A DNA stretch of 64,000 nt from assembly GCA_018646625.1 (NCBI GenBank), contig JABGUJ010000002.1, positions 100,843 through 164,842 on the forward strand, in the 5' to 3' direction. Positions 30,296-40,018 of the stretch are shown here, one piece after another (the stretch's first letter is position 1; each line of letters starts with the position of its first letter). This DNA comes from Candidatus Woesearchaeota archaeon. Lineage in GTDB: Archaea > Nanobdellota > Nanobdellia > Woesearchaeales > JABGUJ01. A program made the position numbers and the translations under genes. The notes below the pieces were generated by a model. That model had not been told where the DNA came from and ran no database searches. It was given only the letters and a program-made list of their open reading frames with translations.

Positions 30296-32103
30296 TTACA
30301 ATGACTGACTTATACTTAAATTCAAAATTTGTTGGAACTGTTCCCGAAGGTAAGGATTTTGTTTCAAAAATAATTGATGACAGAAGAAAGGGTAATGTTT
30401 CAGGTAATCTAAACCTATCATTCAATAAAGATTTAGATGAAATTCATGTAGAGATTGGAAAAGGTAGAGTAAGAAGACCTTTGATTATAGTAAAGAATGG
30501 AAAATCTCTTTTCACTGATGACCTATCTAAACAATTGGAGAAAGGCGAAATCAAATGGTCTGACTTGGTTAAACAAGGAGTCATTGAATATCTTGATACT
30601 CTTGAAGAAGAAAATGCATTCGTTGCATTCTTTGAAGAAGACATTACTCATAAACATACACATTTGGAAGTAAATCCAATAGACATGTTTGGTTTGTGTA
30701 CTTCACTAGTACCATTCGCTAACTTCAGCCCCGGTGCAAGAGTTAGTATGGGTTCTAAAAATCAAAAACAAGCTATTGGTATGTACATTGCAAACTATGC
30801 ATTGAGAATGGATATGGATGTAAACATCTTACATTCACCTCAAGTTCCAATTGTACAAACAATCATGGCAGATGTTTCTAAGTTTGATAAACACCCTCTA
30901 GGACAAAATATCGTTGTAGCTGTAATGAGTTACAAAGGATATAACATGGAGGACGCAATCATAATTAACAAAGGTTCTATAGACAGAGGCTTTGGAAGAA
31001 GTACTTACTATCGTCCTGCAATTGCAGAAGAGTTGAGATATTCTGGTGGTTTGACTGACGAAATTTGTGTACCCGATAAAGAAGTTAAAGGATACAAGTC
31101 AGAAAGAGATTACAGATTGCTAGACGAAGAAGGAATCATACATCCAGAAGCAAATGTTGCTGAAGGAGATGTTATAATTGGAAAAACTTCACCTCCAAGA
31201 TTCTTAAGTAGCATGGACGAGTATAATCTTGCAACTAATGTAAGAAGAGAAAGTTCTGTCGATCTTAAACATGGAGAAGAAGGTGTTGTTGACTTCGTAC
31301 TTGTTACAGAGAACGGAGAAGGTAACAAACTAGTTCAAGTTAGATTAAGAGATCAAAGAATTCCAGAAATTGGTGATAAGTTCACTTCAAGATTTGGTCA
31401 GAAAGGTGTAATTGGTTTAATTGTACCTAGTACAGACATGCCATTCAGCACAGCAGGCATTGTACCAGATTTGATTTTCTCATCGCATGGTATTCCGTCG
31501 AGAATGACCATTTCTCATTTAATTGAGTTAATTGGTGGTAAGGTTGGTGCTTTATCAGGAAGATATATCGACGGTACAACATTCTTATCAGAAAAGGAAT
31601 ATGATCTTAGAGATGAATTAAATTCTCTTGGTTTTAGAGAGGATGGAACTGAAACATTCTATGATGGTATGAATGGAACACAAATGGAAGCTAAGATATT
31701 TGTTGGAAATATGTACTATTTGAAACTTAAGCACATGGTTGCGAATAAAATTCATTCAAGAGCACGTGGTCCTATCCAATTGCTAACTAGACAACCTACT
31801 GAAGGTAGAGCTAAAGAAGGTGGTCTGAGATTAGGAGAGATGGAGAAGGATACATTCATTGCTCATGGAGCATCTCTATTATTGAAAGAGAGATTTGATT
31901 CCGATAAAACATTAATTCCAGTTTGTGAAGAGTGTGGACATATGGGATTCCATCACGCATTAAGAGACAACTATGTTTGTCCAGTGTGTGAGTCTGCAGC
32001 ACAGATGAGTGATGTAGAAATGTCTTACGCGTTCAAACTTATGTTAGACGAGTTTAAGTCATTAGGCGTTATTCCTAAACTAGCTTTAGAGAATAAGTAC
32101 TAA
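30292..32103 (+). CDS. rpoB1: RNA polymerase subunit B' (C-terminal half of the Rpb2 homolog)
   Basis: GDKFTSRFGQKGVIG, the hybrid-binding region and a C-terminal Zn ribbon CEECGHMG...CPVCES. Confidence 0.9.
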   Translation: MITMTDLYLNSKFVGTVPEGKDFVSKIIDDRRKGNVSGNLNLSFNKDLDEIHVEIGKGRVRRPLIIVKNGKSLFTDDLSKQLEKGEIKWSDLVKQGVIEYLDTLEEENAFVAFFEEDITHKHTHLEVNPIDMFGLCTSLVPFANFSPGARVSMGSKNQKQAIGMYIANYALRMDMDVNILHSPQVPIVQTIMADVSKFDKHPLGQNIVVAVMSYKGYNMEDAIIINKGSIDRGFGRSTYYRPAIAEELRYSGGLTDEICVPDKEVKGYKSERDYRLLDEEGIIHPEANVAEGDVIIGKTSPPRFLSSMDEYNLATNVRRESSVDLKHGEEGVVDFVLVTENGEGNKLVQVRLRDQRIPEIGDKFTSRFGQKGVIGLIVPSTDMPFSTAGIVPDLIFSSHGIPSRMTISHLIELIGGKVGALSGRYIDGTTFLSEKEYDLRDELNSLGFREDGTETFYDGMNGTQMEAKIFVGNMYYLKLKHMVANKIHSRARGPIQLLTRQPTEGRAKEGGLRLGEMEKDTFIAHGASLLLKERFDSDKTLIPVCEECGHMGFHHALRDNYVCPVCESAAQMSDVEMSYAFKLMLDEFKSLGVIPKLALENKY

Positions 32104-32123
32104 AAGGTCGTGGTGAAAAGAAG

Positions 32124-34706
32124 ATGCAAGATTCCGTATTCAAGCAAATAAAAAGCATTCAATTTGGAGTTTTATCTCCTAAAGAAATCAAAAAGGTAGC
32201 TGCTGCTAAAGTAGTTACTCCTGAACTATATGATAAAGAAGGTTATCCGGTAGACGGAGGACTGATGGACATTAGGTTAGGTGTTATTGATCCCGGACTA
32301 AGATGTAAAACTTGTGGTTACAAGTTGAAAGAATGTCCTGGTCACTTTGGATACATCGAACTTGCAAGACCCATCATCCACATTCATTTTGTAGCTATGG
32401 TTCTCAATATATTGAGATGTAGTTGTAGAGAATGCGGCAGAATACTTCTTTCTCAAGACAAGATTGACTTGTATAAAGAACAACTAGATGCACTTGAAGA
32501 AGAGAATGGTATTGAAGCACGAAGAGATTACATTAAAAGCATATTATCTTCATTGAAAACCACAATGAAATGCCCTCACTGTACTGCAAGGCAACAAAAA
32601 ATCGCATTAGAAAAACCAACTACTTACATGGAGAATGAAAAAAGAATATCTCCTATTGAGATTAGAACAAGATTGGAAAAGATCAATGATGATGATTGTA
32701 TCGTCTTTGGAATTAATCCAAAAGTAATGAGACCTGAATGGATTGTTCTTACATTATTATCAATTCCTCCAGTAACTATGAGACCTTCCATCACTTTAGA
32801 AAGTGGTGAAAGAAGTGAAGATGACTTGACTCATAAGTTAGGGGATATTGTTAGAATTAATCAAAGATTATTTGAAAATATTAACGCAGGTGCACCTGAA
32901 ATTATTATTGAAGACTTGTGGGATTTGTTACAGTACCACGTTACAACTTTCTTCGATAATGCAGTAGCACAGCTTCCACCAGCAAGGCACAGAAGTGGTC
33001 AACCTCTTAAAACAATCTCTGAAAGAATCAAGAGTAAAGAGGGTAGAATCCGACACAATCTTGCAGGTAAGAGAACTAACTTTAGTGCGAGAACAGTAAT
33101 TAGCCCAGATCCTATGATTGAGCTAAATGAAGTTGGCGTCCCTAAAGAGATTGCAATGAAACTTACAGTTCCTGAAAGAGTAACTGAATGGAACATGGAA
33201 TACTTGAAAAAGTTTGTTGAGAAAGGAGCTAAAGAATATCCTGGAGCAAACTACATTATTAGACCTGACGGTAAAAAGAAAAAGATAACTGAGGAAACTC
33301 AAGAGCAATTATTAGAAGAAGTTCAACCAGGTTATTTAGTTGAAAGACATTTGCTTGACGGCGACGTTGCTTTGTTTAACAGACAACCTAGTTTGCACAG
33401 AATGTCTATGATGTGTCACAAAGTCAGAGTTCTTCCTGGCAGGACTTTTAGAATAAGTCCCGCAGTATGTCACCCTTATAACGCAGACTTTGATGGAGAT
33501 GAGATGAACTTGCACATACCTCAAACAGAGGAAGCAAGATCTGAAGCTGAGATCCTTATGCAGGTTCAAACACAGTTAATTTCTCCAAGATATGGTTTAA
33601 GCGTAATGGGTTGTATGCAGGATTCCATTGGTGGATTGTACATATTAACAAAAGAGATTGAGTCCTTGACTAAAGGAGAAGCAATCGATTTATTGTACGG
33701 TGCAGAAATTACTGATACTTCAAGAGTTCCTGATAAAAAAGTTCTAACTGGTAAAGATGTATTTTCAGCAATCTTACCTGCAGACTTTAATTACGAAGGT
33801 TCTGCAAAATCAGGAGCTGAAGAAGATCACGTTATCATTAAAAATGGCATATTAGAGCAAGGTGTTATTGACTCTGCAAACATGGGTTCTGGGAAAGGTT
33901 TCTTGTTAAGAAACATTAGAAAGAAATACGGTGCAGATTATACTTTAGGATTCTTAGGTAATTCATTGAGATTAGGTATCCAAGTTCTTTTGAAAAAAGG
34001 ATTCTCAGCTAAATCAGCAGATGAAGATATGCCAAAAGAAGCTAATGATCAAATTAAAAAGATTATTGACGAATCATACGTAAAAGCAGATGAGTTAATT
34101 GCAGTGTTTAGAGAAAACAAACTTGAAACTTTCCCTGGAAAGACTCAAGCTGAAACAATGGAGCTTAAAATGCTTGAGCTACTAAACAAGGCAAGAAATG
34201 AAACTGGTAAGATTGTAAGTCAGTACGCTAACAAAAAAACCGCTACAATGAAAATGGTATTGAGCGGAGCAAGAGGTAACTTAATCAACCTAGCTCAGAT
34301 GGCGGCGTGTGTAGGACAGCAAGCTTTGCGTGGTAGTCGAATCAATAAAGGTTACAAAGATAGAACACTATCATGTTTTGATAAAGATGATATTAGACCT
34401 GATGCAAGAGGATTTATTGCTAACAGCTTCAAGTCAGGAATGAAACCTCACGAATTGTTTTTTATGTCAATGACAGGTAGAGATTCTCTGATGGATACTG
34501 CTCTTAGAACACCTAAATCGGGTTATCTATACAGAAGACTTGCAAATGCATTGCAAGATGTAAAAGTAGAATATGACGGAACTGTAAGAGAAGCGTCTGG
34601 AAAGATTATTCAGTTTGAATATGGAGAAGACGGAATTGATGTATCCAGAAGTGAAGGTGGTCGTATCGATGTTAAAAGAATTGTCAATAAGGTAATCGGT
34701 GAATAA
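32124..34706 (+). CDS. rpoA1: RNA polymerase subunit A' (Rpb1 N-terminal part)
   Basis: Zn-binding [16 protein letters not shown] and the catalytic [12 protein letters not shown] motif. Confidence 0.9.
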   Translation: MQDSVFKQIKSIQFGVLSPKEIKKVAAAKVVTPELYDKEGYPVDGGLMDIRLGVIDPGLRCKTCGYKLKECPGHFGYIELARPIIHIHFVAMVLNILRCSCRECGRILLSQDKIDLYKEQLDALEEENGIEARRDYIKSILSSLKTTMKCPHCTARQQKIALEKPTTYMENEKRISPIEIRTRLEKINDDDCIVFGINPKVMRPEWIVLTLLSIPPVTMRPSITLESGERSEDDLTHKLGDIVRINQRLFENINAGAPEIIIEDLWDLLQYHVTTFFDNAVAQLPPARHRSGQPLKTISERIKSKEGRIRHNLAGKRTNFSARTVISPDPMIELNEVGVPKEIAMKLTVPERVTEWNMEYLKKFVEKGAKEYPGANYIIRPDGKKKKITEETQEQLLEEVQPGYLVERHLLDGDVALFNRQPSLHRMSMMCHKVRVLPGRTFRISPAVCHPYNADFDGDEMNLHIPQTEEARSEAEILMQVQTQLISPRYGLSVMGCMQDSIGGLYILTKEIESLTKGEAIDLLYGAEITDTSRVPDKKVLTGKDVFSAILPADFNYEGSAKSGAEEDHVIIKNGILEQGVIDSANMGSGKGFLLRNIRKKYGADYTLGFLGNSLRLGIQVLLKKGFSAKSADEDMPKEANDQIKKIIDESYVKADELIAVFRENKLETFPGKTQAETMELKMLELLNKARNETGKIVSQYANKKTATMKMVLSGARGNLINLAQMAACVGQQALRGSRINKGYKDRTLSCFDKDDIRPDARGFIANSFKSGMKPHELFFMSMTGRDSLMDTALRTPKSGYLYRRLANALQDVKVEYDGTVREASGKIIQFEYGEDGIDVSRSEGGRIDVKRIVNKVIGE

Positions 34707-34708
34707 AA

Positions 34709-35842
34709 ATGGAAGAACTATTCAAAGAATTCGCAAGTAAATTTCCTGCATACCTAGTCGAAGAAGTTAAAGAAAACCTTCCTCCAAAGGTAACTAAAGC
34801 TCAAGTTAAGAAAATACTTGAGACAGTTGAAGAGAATTATATTTATGCAAAAGTAGATGCTGGCGAGTCAGTTGGCCTAGTTGCAGCAGAATCTATAGGT
34901 GAGCCAGGTACTCAGATGACTCTAAACACATTCCACTTTGCAGGCGTAGCAGAGATGAATGTTACTGTTGGTCTTCCGAGAATCATCGAGATCTTAGATG
35001 CTAGACTTACAATTAAAACTCCTATGATGGAAGTTTATCTTGTTCCTCCATATAACAAAGGTAAGGACATTAGAAGTATTGCAATGAAGATTAAAGAAAC
35101 TAAATTGTTCGAATTAGCATCAGAGTTTCAGATTGATATTGTAGAATCTCAAATAAGAGTTGTTCTTAATATGAAAAAGCTTGAAGAAATTGGATTAACT
35201 TCTAAAGATGTTTCAAAAGTAATAGCTAAAGGAGCAAAGACTTCATCTGTTAAGAACGATGGAGATGACATTATTGTTAAGTTAAACTCGAAAGATGAAG
35301 GACTTAATGAAGTATACAAACTTAAAGAAAAAATCAGAGTTATGTATATATCAGGTGTGAAGGGTGTGTCCCAAGTTCTTCCAGTTAAGAGAGGAGAAGA
35401 GTTTTTAATTGTAACCGCAGGAACAAACTTGAAAGAAATGCTCAACTTAGACTATGTTGATCCAACAAGAACAACTTCGAACGACATTAGAGAAATGGGT
35501 AAGTTACTAGGTGTTGAAGCAGCTAGATCAACCGTCATTAATGAAGTTTTCAAAGTTATTGAGAACCAAGGTTTGAATGTTGACGTTAGACATATCATGT
35601 TAGTAGCAGATACTATGTGTAATGGTGGATCTGTGAAAGGAATCACAAGATATGGTATTGTTAGTGAGAAATCGTCAGTGCTTGCAAGAGCATCTTTCGA
35701 AACTCCAATCAAACACATTATCAATGCAGCAGTAATTGGTGAAGAAGATTTACTAAACTCAGTTGTTGAAAATGTTATGATCAATCAACCAGTTCCAACA
35801 GGTACTGGTCTTGCAAAACTTAAAACAAAGGTTATAGATTAG
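34709..35842 (+). CDS. rpoA2: RNA polymerase subunit A'' (Rpb1 C-terminal part)
   Basis: Trigger-loop/jaw region [28 protein letters not shown]. Confidence 0.9.
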   Translation: MEELFKEFASKFPAYLVEEVKENLPPKVTKAQVKKILETVEENYIYAKVDAGESVGLVAAESIGEPGTQMTLNTFHFAGVAEMNVTVGLPRIIEILDARLTIKTPMMEVYLVPPYNKGKDIRSIAMKIKETKLFELASEFQIDIVESQIRVVLNMKKLEEIGLTSKDVSKVIAKGAKTSSVKNDGDDIIVKLNSKDEGLNEVYKLKEKIRVMYISGVKGVSQVLPVKRGEEFLIVTAGTNLKEMLNLDYVDPTRTTSNDIREMGKLLGVEAARSTVINEVFKVIENQGLNVDVRHIMLVADTMCNGGSVKGITRYGIVSEKSSVLARASFETPIKHIINAAVIGEEDLLNSVVENVMINQPVPTGTGLAKLKTKVID

Positions 35843-36112
35843 GTGAAGATAATGAGTGTTACAGAAGAAATTAAAAAATTGTCAAGAGAAGATGGGTTTT
35901 TTATCGGTACTGATCAAACTGCTAAATACTTAAGAGTTGGTAAGGTTAAGAAGGTTTACGTTGCATCTAACTGCAAAGAAGAAACTAAAGTTGACCTAGA
36001 GCATTATGCTAAGTTAGCCAATGTTGAGTTAATTCAGTTAGATGAGAATAACGAAGAACTAGGTGTTCTTTGTAAAAAACCATTTAGAATCTCAGTCTTG
36101 GGTCTTAAATAA
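35843..36112 (+). CDS. rpl30e: Ribosomal protein L30e
   Basis: 89 aa eL30 fold (TDQTAKYLRVGKVKKVYVASNC...VELIQLDENNEELG), in the conserved position after rpoA''. Confidence 0.85.
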   Translation: MKIMSVTEEIKKLSREDGFFIGTDQTAKYLRVGKVKKVYVASNCKEETKVDLEHYAKLANVELIQLDENNEELGVLCKKPFRISVLGLK

Positions 36113-36537
36113 TGGCTAAGATAGTATACGACATTACTCTAATGAAGTACATGAGCTTGTTTGAGAAAATAACTCGAGCAAGACTCAAAGACTGCTTCTC
36201 TGATTCAGTTACTAATCAGTTAGTTTTTGTTGTATCGCCTGGCGAACTAGGTAAAGCTGTTGGTAAAAAAGCAGTAAATGTAAAAAAGCTTGAAAACCTT
36301 TTCAAGAAAAATATCAAAATCATCGAGTATGCTGATGATCTTATGATCTTCATCACTAAAGCAATATATCCTTTGAAGCTTGCCGACATTAAAGAAGAAG
36401 ATGGCATTGTTACAATGGAAGGTCCTGACACAAAGACTAAAGGACTCTTGATTGGCAGAAACGCTGCAAATCTTAGAAATTTAGAGACTGTCGTTAAACG
36501 ATATTATCCTCAATTAAAGGAGATAAAGGTTATTTGA
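36112..36537 (+). CDS. nusA: Archaeal NusA-like transcription termination factor (KH domains)
   Basis: Two KH-type GxxG regions (GELGKAVGKKAVNVKKL; KGLLIGRNAANLRNL); canonical rpo-operon position. Confidence 0.8.
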   Translation: MAKIVYDITLMKYMSLFEKITRARLKDCFSDSVTNQLVFVVSPGELGKAVGKKAVNVKKLENLFKKNIKIIEYADDLMIFITKAIYPLKLADIKEEDGIVTMEGPDTKTKGLLIGRNAANLRNLETVVKRYYPQLKEIKVI

Positions 36538-36566
36538 GAGTTTAAATAAAAACAAAATGTTTATAA

Positions 36567-36590
36567 ATGAACCCCAAATTTTGGGTTCTA
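36567..36590 (+). other. Near-perfect inverted repeat (hairpin) between nusA and rps12
   Basis: gaaccccaaattttgggttc, preceded by the TATA-like tttataaatg. A possible processing site or internal promoter element. Confidence 0.3.
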
Positions 36591-36600
36591 TTGGTATAAA

Positions 36601-37038
36601 ATGGGAAAAAAAGCATCAGGAATAAACGCAGGAACTAAGCTAATTAAAAGGAGAATTAAATCTCTTTGGCAAAGTACTAAGTACAAGAAAAGAGTTCTAG
36701 GTTTGAGAAAGAAGGCAGATCCTTTAGGAGGCGCATCTCAGGCTAAAGGAATTGTTCTAGAAAAAGTTCAGTTAGAAGCTAAACAGCCTAACTCCGCAAT
36801 GAGAAAATGTGTTAGAGTGCAACTTGTTAAGAATGGAAAACAAATCACTGCATTTTTACCAGGAGATGGTGCAACAAAGCTTGTAGATGAGCATGATGAA
36901 GTAATGATCGAATGTATCGGTGGTAAAATGGGAAGATCTAAAGGAGATATTCCTGGAGTCCGATGGGTTGTTATGAAAGTTAATGATCAATGTATTCACG
37001 CACTAAGAAGTGGAAAAGCAGAGAAGGCAAGAAAATAA
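36601..37038 (+). CDS. rps12: Ribosomal protein S12 (uS12)
   Basis: [13 protein letters not shown] and [16 protein letters not shown] motifs. Confidence 0.9.
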   Translation: MGKKASGINAGTKLIKRRIKSLWQSTKYKKRVLGLRKKADPLGGASQAKGIVLEKVQLEAKQPNSAMRKCVRVQLVKNGKQITAFLPGDGATKLVDEHDEVMIECIGGKMGRSKGDIPGVRWVVMKVNDQCIHALRSGKAEKARK

Positions 37039-37039
37039 A

Positions 37040-37639
37040 ATGGCAGAAATACTAGCATTCAATAGATGGACAACAAAAGACATTATCGTAACTGATATGG
37101 GTCTTAAAAACTATATAACTTTAGAACCAAGAGTTGTTCCGAAGACTGGTGCAAGGTATGCAGGTAACAGATTCCACAAATCAAGAACATTTATTGTTGA
37201 AAGATTGATCAATAAGTTGATGAATCCAGGTCATAAATCTAAGAAACACTTCAAGACCAGCGGTCACTGTACCGGTAAAGGTCAAACAGCTTACAAGCTT
37301 GTTGAAGATGCTTTAGAAATAGTAGAAAAGAAAACAAACGAGAATCCAGTTGCTGTATTTGTTAAAGCAGTAGAAAATGCAGCACCAAGAGAAGAAATAA
37401 TCACAATTGAATATGGTGGAGCAAGATACCCAAAAGCGGTTGAATGTGCGCCTCAAAGAAGAATCGATATTGCTTTAAGGTTACTTTCTCAAGGAACGTA
37501 CCATAAAAGCTTTAATTCTGCTAAAAATGCGTCAGGTATCCTAGCACAGGGCATAATTGATGCATATAATGCAAGTTCTAACAGTTTGGCTATCTCCAAG
37601 AAGCACGAAATGGAGAGACAGGCAGATAGTAGTAGATAA
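37040..37639 (+). CDS. rps7: Ribosomal protein S7 (uS7)
   Basis: uS7 fold. The start is placed at MAEILAF, directly after the S12 stop; the track's 37010 start overlaps S12 in another frame. Confidence 0.85.
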   Translation: MAEILAFNRWTTKDIIVTDMGLKNYITLEPRVVPKTGARYAGNRFHKSRTFIVERLINKLMNPGHKSKKHFKTSGHCTGKGQTAYKLVEDALEIVEKKTNENPVAVFVKAVENAAPREEIITIEYGGARYPKAVECAPQRRIDIALRLLSQGTYHKSFNSAKNASGILAQGIIDAYNASSNSLAISKKHEMERQADSSR

Positions 37640-37716
37640 AACTACTAGGGAACATTTAAATAGACGCTCTGCTTATAGCTTCTAAGAGGTGATTTGGGGA
37701 AGGTAGAAATTATAAG

Positions 37717-37842
37717 ATGGTACCAAAATTTTTAAAATTAGTAGATGATCCTTGTTTCGGTGAAGAGCACGAAGAAAGAGATCAATGTTCGTTCTGTTGG
37801 ATAAAAGAAGCATGTTTAGTGAGATTTAGAAACCGGAAGTGA
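37717..37842 (+). CDS. Candidate 41 aa Cys-containing small ORF
   Basis: My translation is MVPKFLKLVDDPCFGEEHEERDQCSFCWIKEACLVRFRNRK* (C-x10-C-x2-C-x5-C). It is below the track's size cutoff. Confidence 0.2.
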   Translation: MVPKFLKLVDDPCFGEEHEERDQCSFCWIKEACLVRFRNRK

Positions 37843-37854
37843 ATGTCACCGGCT

Positions 37855-37885
37855 AGTAGTAATATATACAAACCTTTATATACTA
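37855..37885 (+). promoter_or_regulatory. Conserved ~31 nt promoter/operator element (copy 1), upstream of the LysM-M15 gene
   Basis: agtagtaatatatacaaacctttatatacta includes a TATA-like tttatata. It is 28/31 identical to copy 2 at 39935-39965. Confidence 0.55.
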
Positions 37886-37922
37886 TCTCCACACTACATT
37901 ATTACGTATTCTAAGAGTACAT

Positions 37923-39062
37923 TTGGAGGAAAGTAGAGTGTATCAACCAAGAAGGTCATTGTTCTATGCTTTAGCGGCAGCTTACTTATTATTAGCACCT
38001 GCAACGGCTTCTGCTCAACGATATCATAGAGTGAAAGGAGGCCAGAGCGTTAGCGCAATCGCAGAGAAAACAGGCGTACCCTTAGATGAAATTCTATCAT
38101 GCAATCCAAGCATAAGAGAAGATCCTCAGCATAGAATCTATGTGGGTCAGAAACTAAGATTGTATGAGACTTACAGAGTAAAGAAAGGAGATACTCTTTC
38201 AGAGATTGCAGAAAGCTATTGGACAACTGTTGAAGAGCTTATGTCTTATAATGGAATTAGAGATCAGAACAAGATTCATGTAAGACAAAAACTAAGAATA
38301 CCTTGTAGAGAACAACATGTTGTTGAAAGTGGCGAAAGTCTAGAAGAAATTGCAAAAAGAGAAGGACTTAGTGTTGAAGATCTACTAAAAAGAAATCCCG
38401 AACTAAAAAGAAATCCCGGTCTTATTTATCCAGGTCAAAGAATTTATGTTGATGAAAGAGAACCTGAACCGACAGCTGATGAGATGCGAAAAACTCGAGC
38501 TAAAGCAGAGACTAGAAAGAAGGGAAGAACAGTAAGATTTCAATCTGGATTAGAGTTAAGAGTAAGTTCGGATAAGCGATTAATTGGAAGAGGAAAACAC
38601 TTCTGGGATTCGGTCGGTAGCGGATTACCTTTACTTAAAGTTGAAGCAAGAGATTTGTATAGAGAAGTATCACCCCATTTCAATCTAGAAGAGTTTGCAA
38701 GAGTTGAACCTAATGAAGAAAGATTTGCAGATTCACGTTACACCTTTAGACATGGCGGGCACATGTATCATAGTTATGTTAGAATAGATAAGTTACTACT
38801 TAGAAAACTAGAGAGAGTTAGAGGAAGATATGGTGAACCTATAAAGATCGACTGCGCCTACAGACCATATAAACATAATATGAAAGTTACGTCAGCCAGG
38901 AAGAGTAGACATATTTCAGGACAAGCAGTTGATATAGTTGCACACAAACGTGGGAAATTGCGAAGACTACTTAGAAGAGAGTTTCGTTCTGGCGGAATAG
39001 GTGAAGGTCCAACTACAATTCATGTAGATGTACGTCCACAAAGAAAGCGTTGGGGATATTAG
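37923..39062 (+). CDS. Secreted peptidoglycan hydrolase: signal peptide + 3 LysM domains + C-terminal M15 (YcbK/MepK-like, DUF882) zinc peptidase domain
   Basis: Signal peptide LFYALAAAYLLLAPATASAQ. LysM repeats: YHRVKGGQSVSAIAEKTGVPLDEILSCNP, YRVKKGDTLSEIAESYWTTVEELMSYNGI and HVVESGESLEEIAKREGLSVEDLLKRNPEL. C-terminal IDCAYRPYKHNMKVTSARKSRHISGQAVDI...GGIGEGPTTIHVDV matches the SGYRxxxxN...SxHxxGxAxD...HVD zinc-binding pattern of peptidase M15A/DUF882. Confidence 0.7.
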   Translation: MEESRVYQPRRSLFYALAAAYLLLAPATASAQRYHRVKGGQSVSAIAEKTGVPLDEILSCNPSIREDPQHRIYVGQKLRLYETYRVKKGDTLSEIAESYWTTVEELMSYNGIRDQNKIHVRQKLRIPCREQHVVESGESLEEIAKREGLSVEDLLKRNPELKRNPGLIYPGQRIYVDEREPEPTADEMRKTRAKAETRKKGRTVRFQSGLELRVSSDKRLIGRGKHFWDSVGSGLPLLKVEARDLYREVSPHFNLEEFARVEPNEERFADSRYTFRHGGHMYHSYVRIDKLLLRKLERVRGRYGEPIKIDCAYRPYKHNMKVTSARKSRHISGQAVDIVAHKRGKLRRLLRREFRSGGIGEGPTTIHVDVRPQRKRWGY

Positions 39063-39097
39063 TTAAACTTAAATAGTTTCTAAAAGTAATTGATAAT

Positions 39098-39631
39098 ATG
39101 AAACATACTTTTTGGTATATTGACCATTTGATGGAAGTGTTAAGTGAACGAGTCTTAGATTTTACTGATGGAAAAGCTTGGGGACCAGGTGAAGATAGAT
39201 CAAGAGGAACACTACGATCTGATTCTGAAAAAAGAAAAGCAAGAAAACTGCTTGACAAGATAAAAGAGTATGATAAAAAGCTTAGAAAACTAATTGATAA
39301 TCATAGAAACGAAGAACACTTGAGAACTCTCCACAACTGTCATGTTGATAGCATACCCAACTGGGCAGACAGAGTTAAGGCAATGTTTAAGAAATTTGAT
39401 GCGCTTCTAAAAGTACTAGAAGAAGACATTCCAAAACTAGAAGCCGCAATTGAATCGGAGCACCACATGTGGGGTGACAGACATCAGGATATGGTTATGG
39501 GTTTTCTTATGGCGGGGTTTCATGATGCTGAGCAAGACATGGAAGAGTTTCGTAAGGCATCCATATTCGAAAGAAAGCACTTGCAAGAAATTCTTGGCGA
39601 TTTAAAAGATCTTGAAGAAGTTCTAGAGTAG
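39098..39631 (+). CDS. Hypothetical cytoplasmic alpha-helical protein (177 aa)
   Basis: Charged helical protein with consistent coding bias and no recognisable motif. Confidence 0.35.
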   Translation: MKHTFWYIDHLMEVLSERVLDFTDGKAWGPGEDRSRGTLRSDSEKRKARKLLDKIKEYDKKLRKLIDNHRNEEHLRTLHNCHVDSIPNWADRVKAMFKKFDALLKVLEEDIPKLEAAIESEHHMWGDRHQDMVMGFLMAGFHDAEQDMEEFRKASIFERKHLQEILGDLKDLEEVLE

Positions 39632-39680
39632 ATGATCACCACACAAATAATTATAAACCTTACCAACTAATATCAATCAG

Positions 39681-39932
39681 ATGTATAAAAAAATAAAAGA
39701 ATATTTTGAGAAAAAATATACTCTCAGATATTTTGAAATTAAGAGTATGATTATCATCACATTGCTTTCTACGCTGTTTTTAGTAAACGTTTGGCCAAGA
39801 TTCAGAAATGATGTGCTTGAATTCCCGTGGTATGGATATGTTATACTGATAGCTATCCTTGCGATCATATGGATAATATGGAGAAATCATGCATCAAATA
39901 AGCAAGTCTCCAAGGAACAACATCGTCACTAA
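39681..39932 (+). CDS. Small two-TM membrane protein
   Basis: Hydrophobic segments MIIITLLSTLFLVNVW and YVILIAILAIIWIIW. Confidence 0.35.
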   Translation: MYKKIKEYFEKKYTLRYFEIKSMIIITLLSTLFLVNVWPRFRNDVLEFPWYGYVILIAILAIIWIIWRNHASNKQVSKEQHRH

Positions 39933-39934
39933 CA

Positions 39935-39965
39935 AGTAGTAATATATACATACATTTATATACTA
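39935..39965 (+). promoter_or_regulatory. Conserved ~31 nt promoter/operator element (copy 2), upstream of the SPOR/beta-lactamase-fold gene
   Basis: agtagtaatatatacatacatttatatacta, ~54 nt upstream of the ATG at 40019. Confidence 0.55.
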
Positions 39966-40018
39966 GTTCTGCCTTATACAATATCTAATTCTAGGCATAA
40001 TGCCTCAGAAATACAAAA

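Noticed and set aside
37010-37039. The track's earlier start for the S7 gene ([10 protein letters not shown]...)
   Set aside because: It overlaps the S12 3' end in another frame. The conserved uS7 N-terminus begins at MAEILAF directly after the S12 stop.
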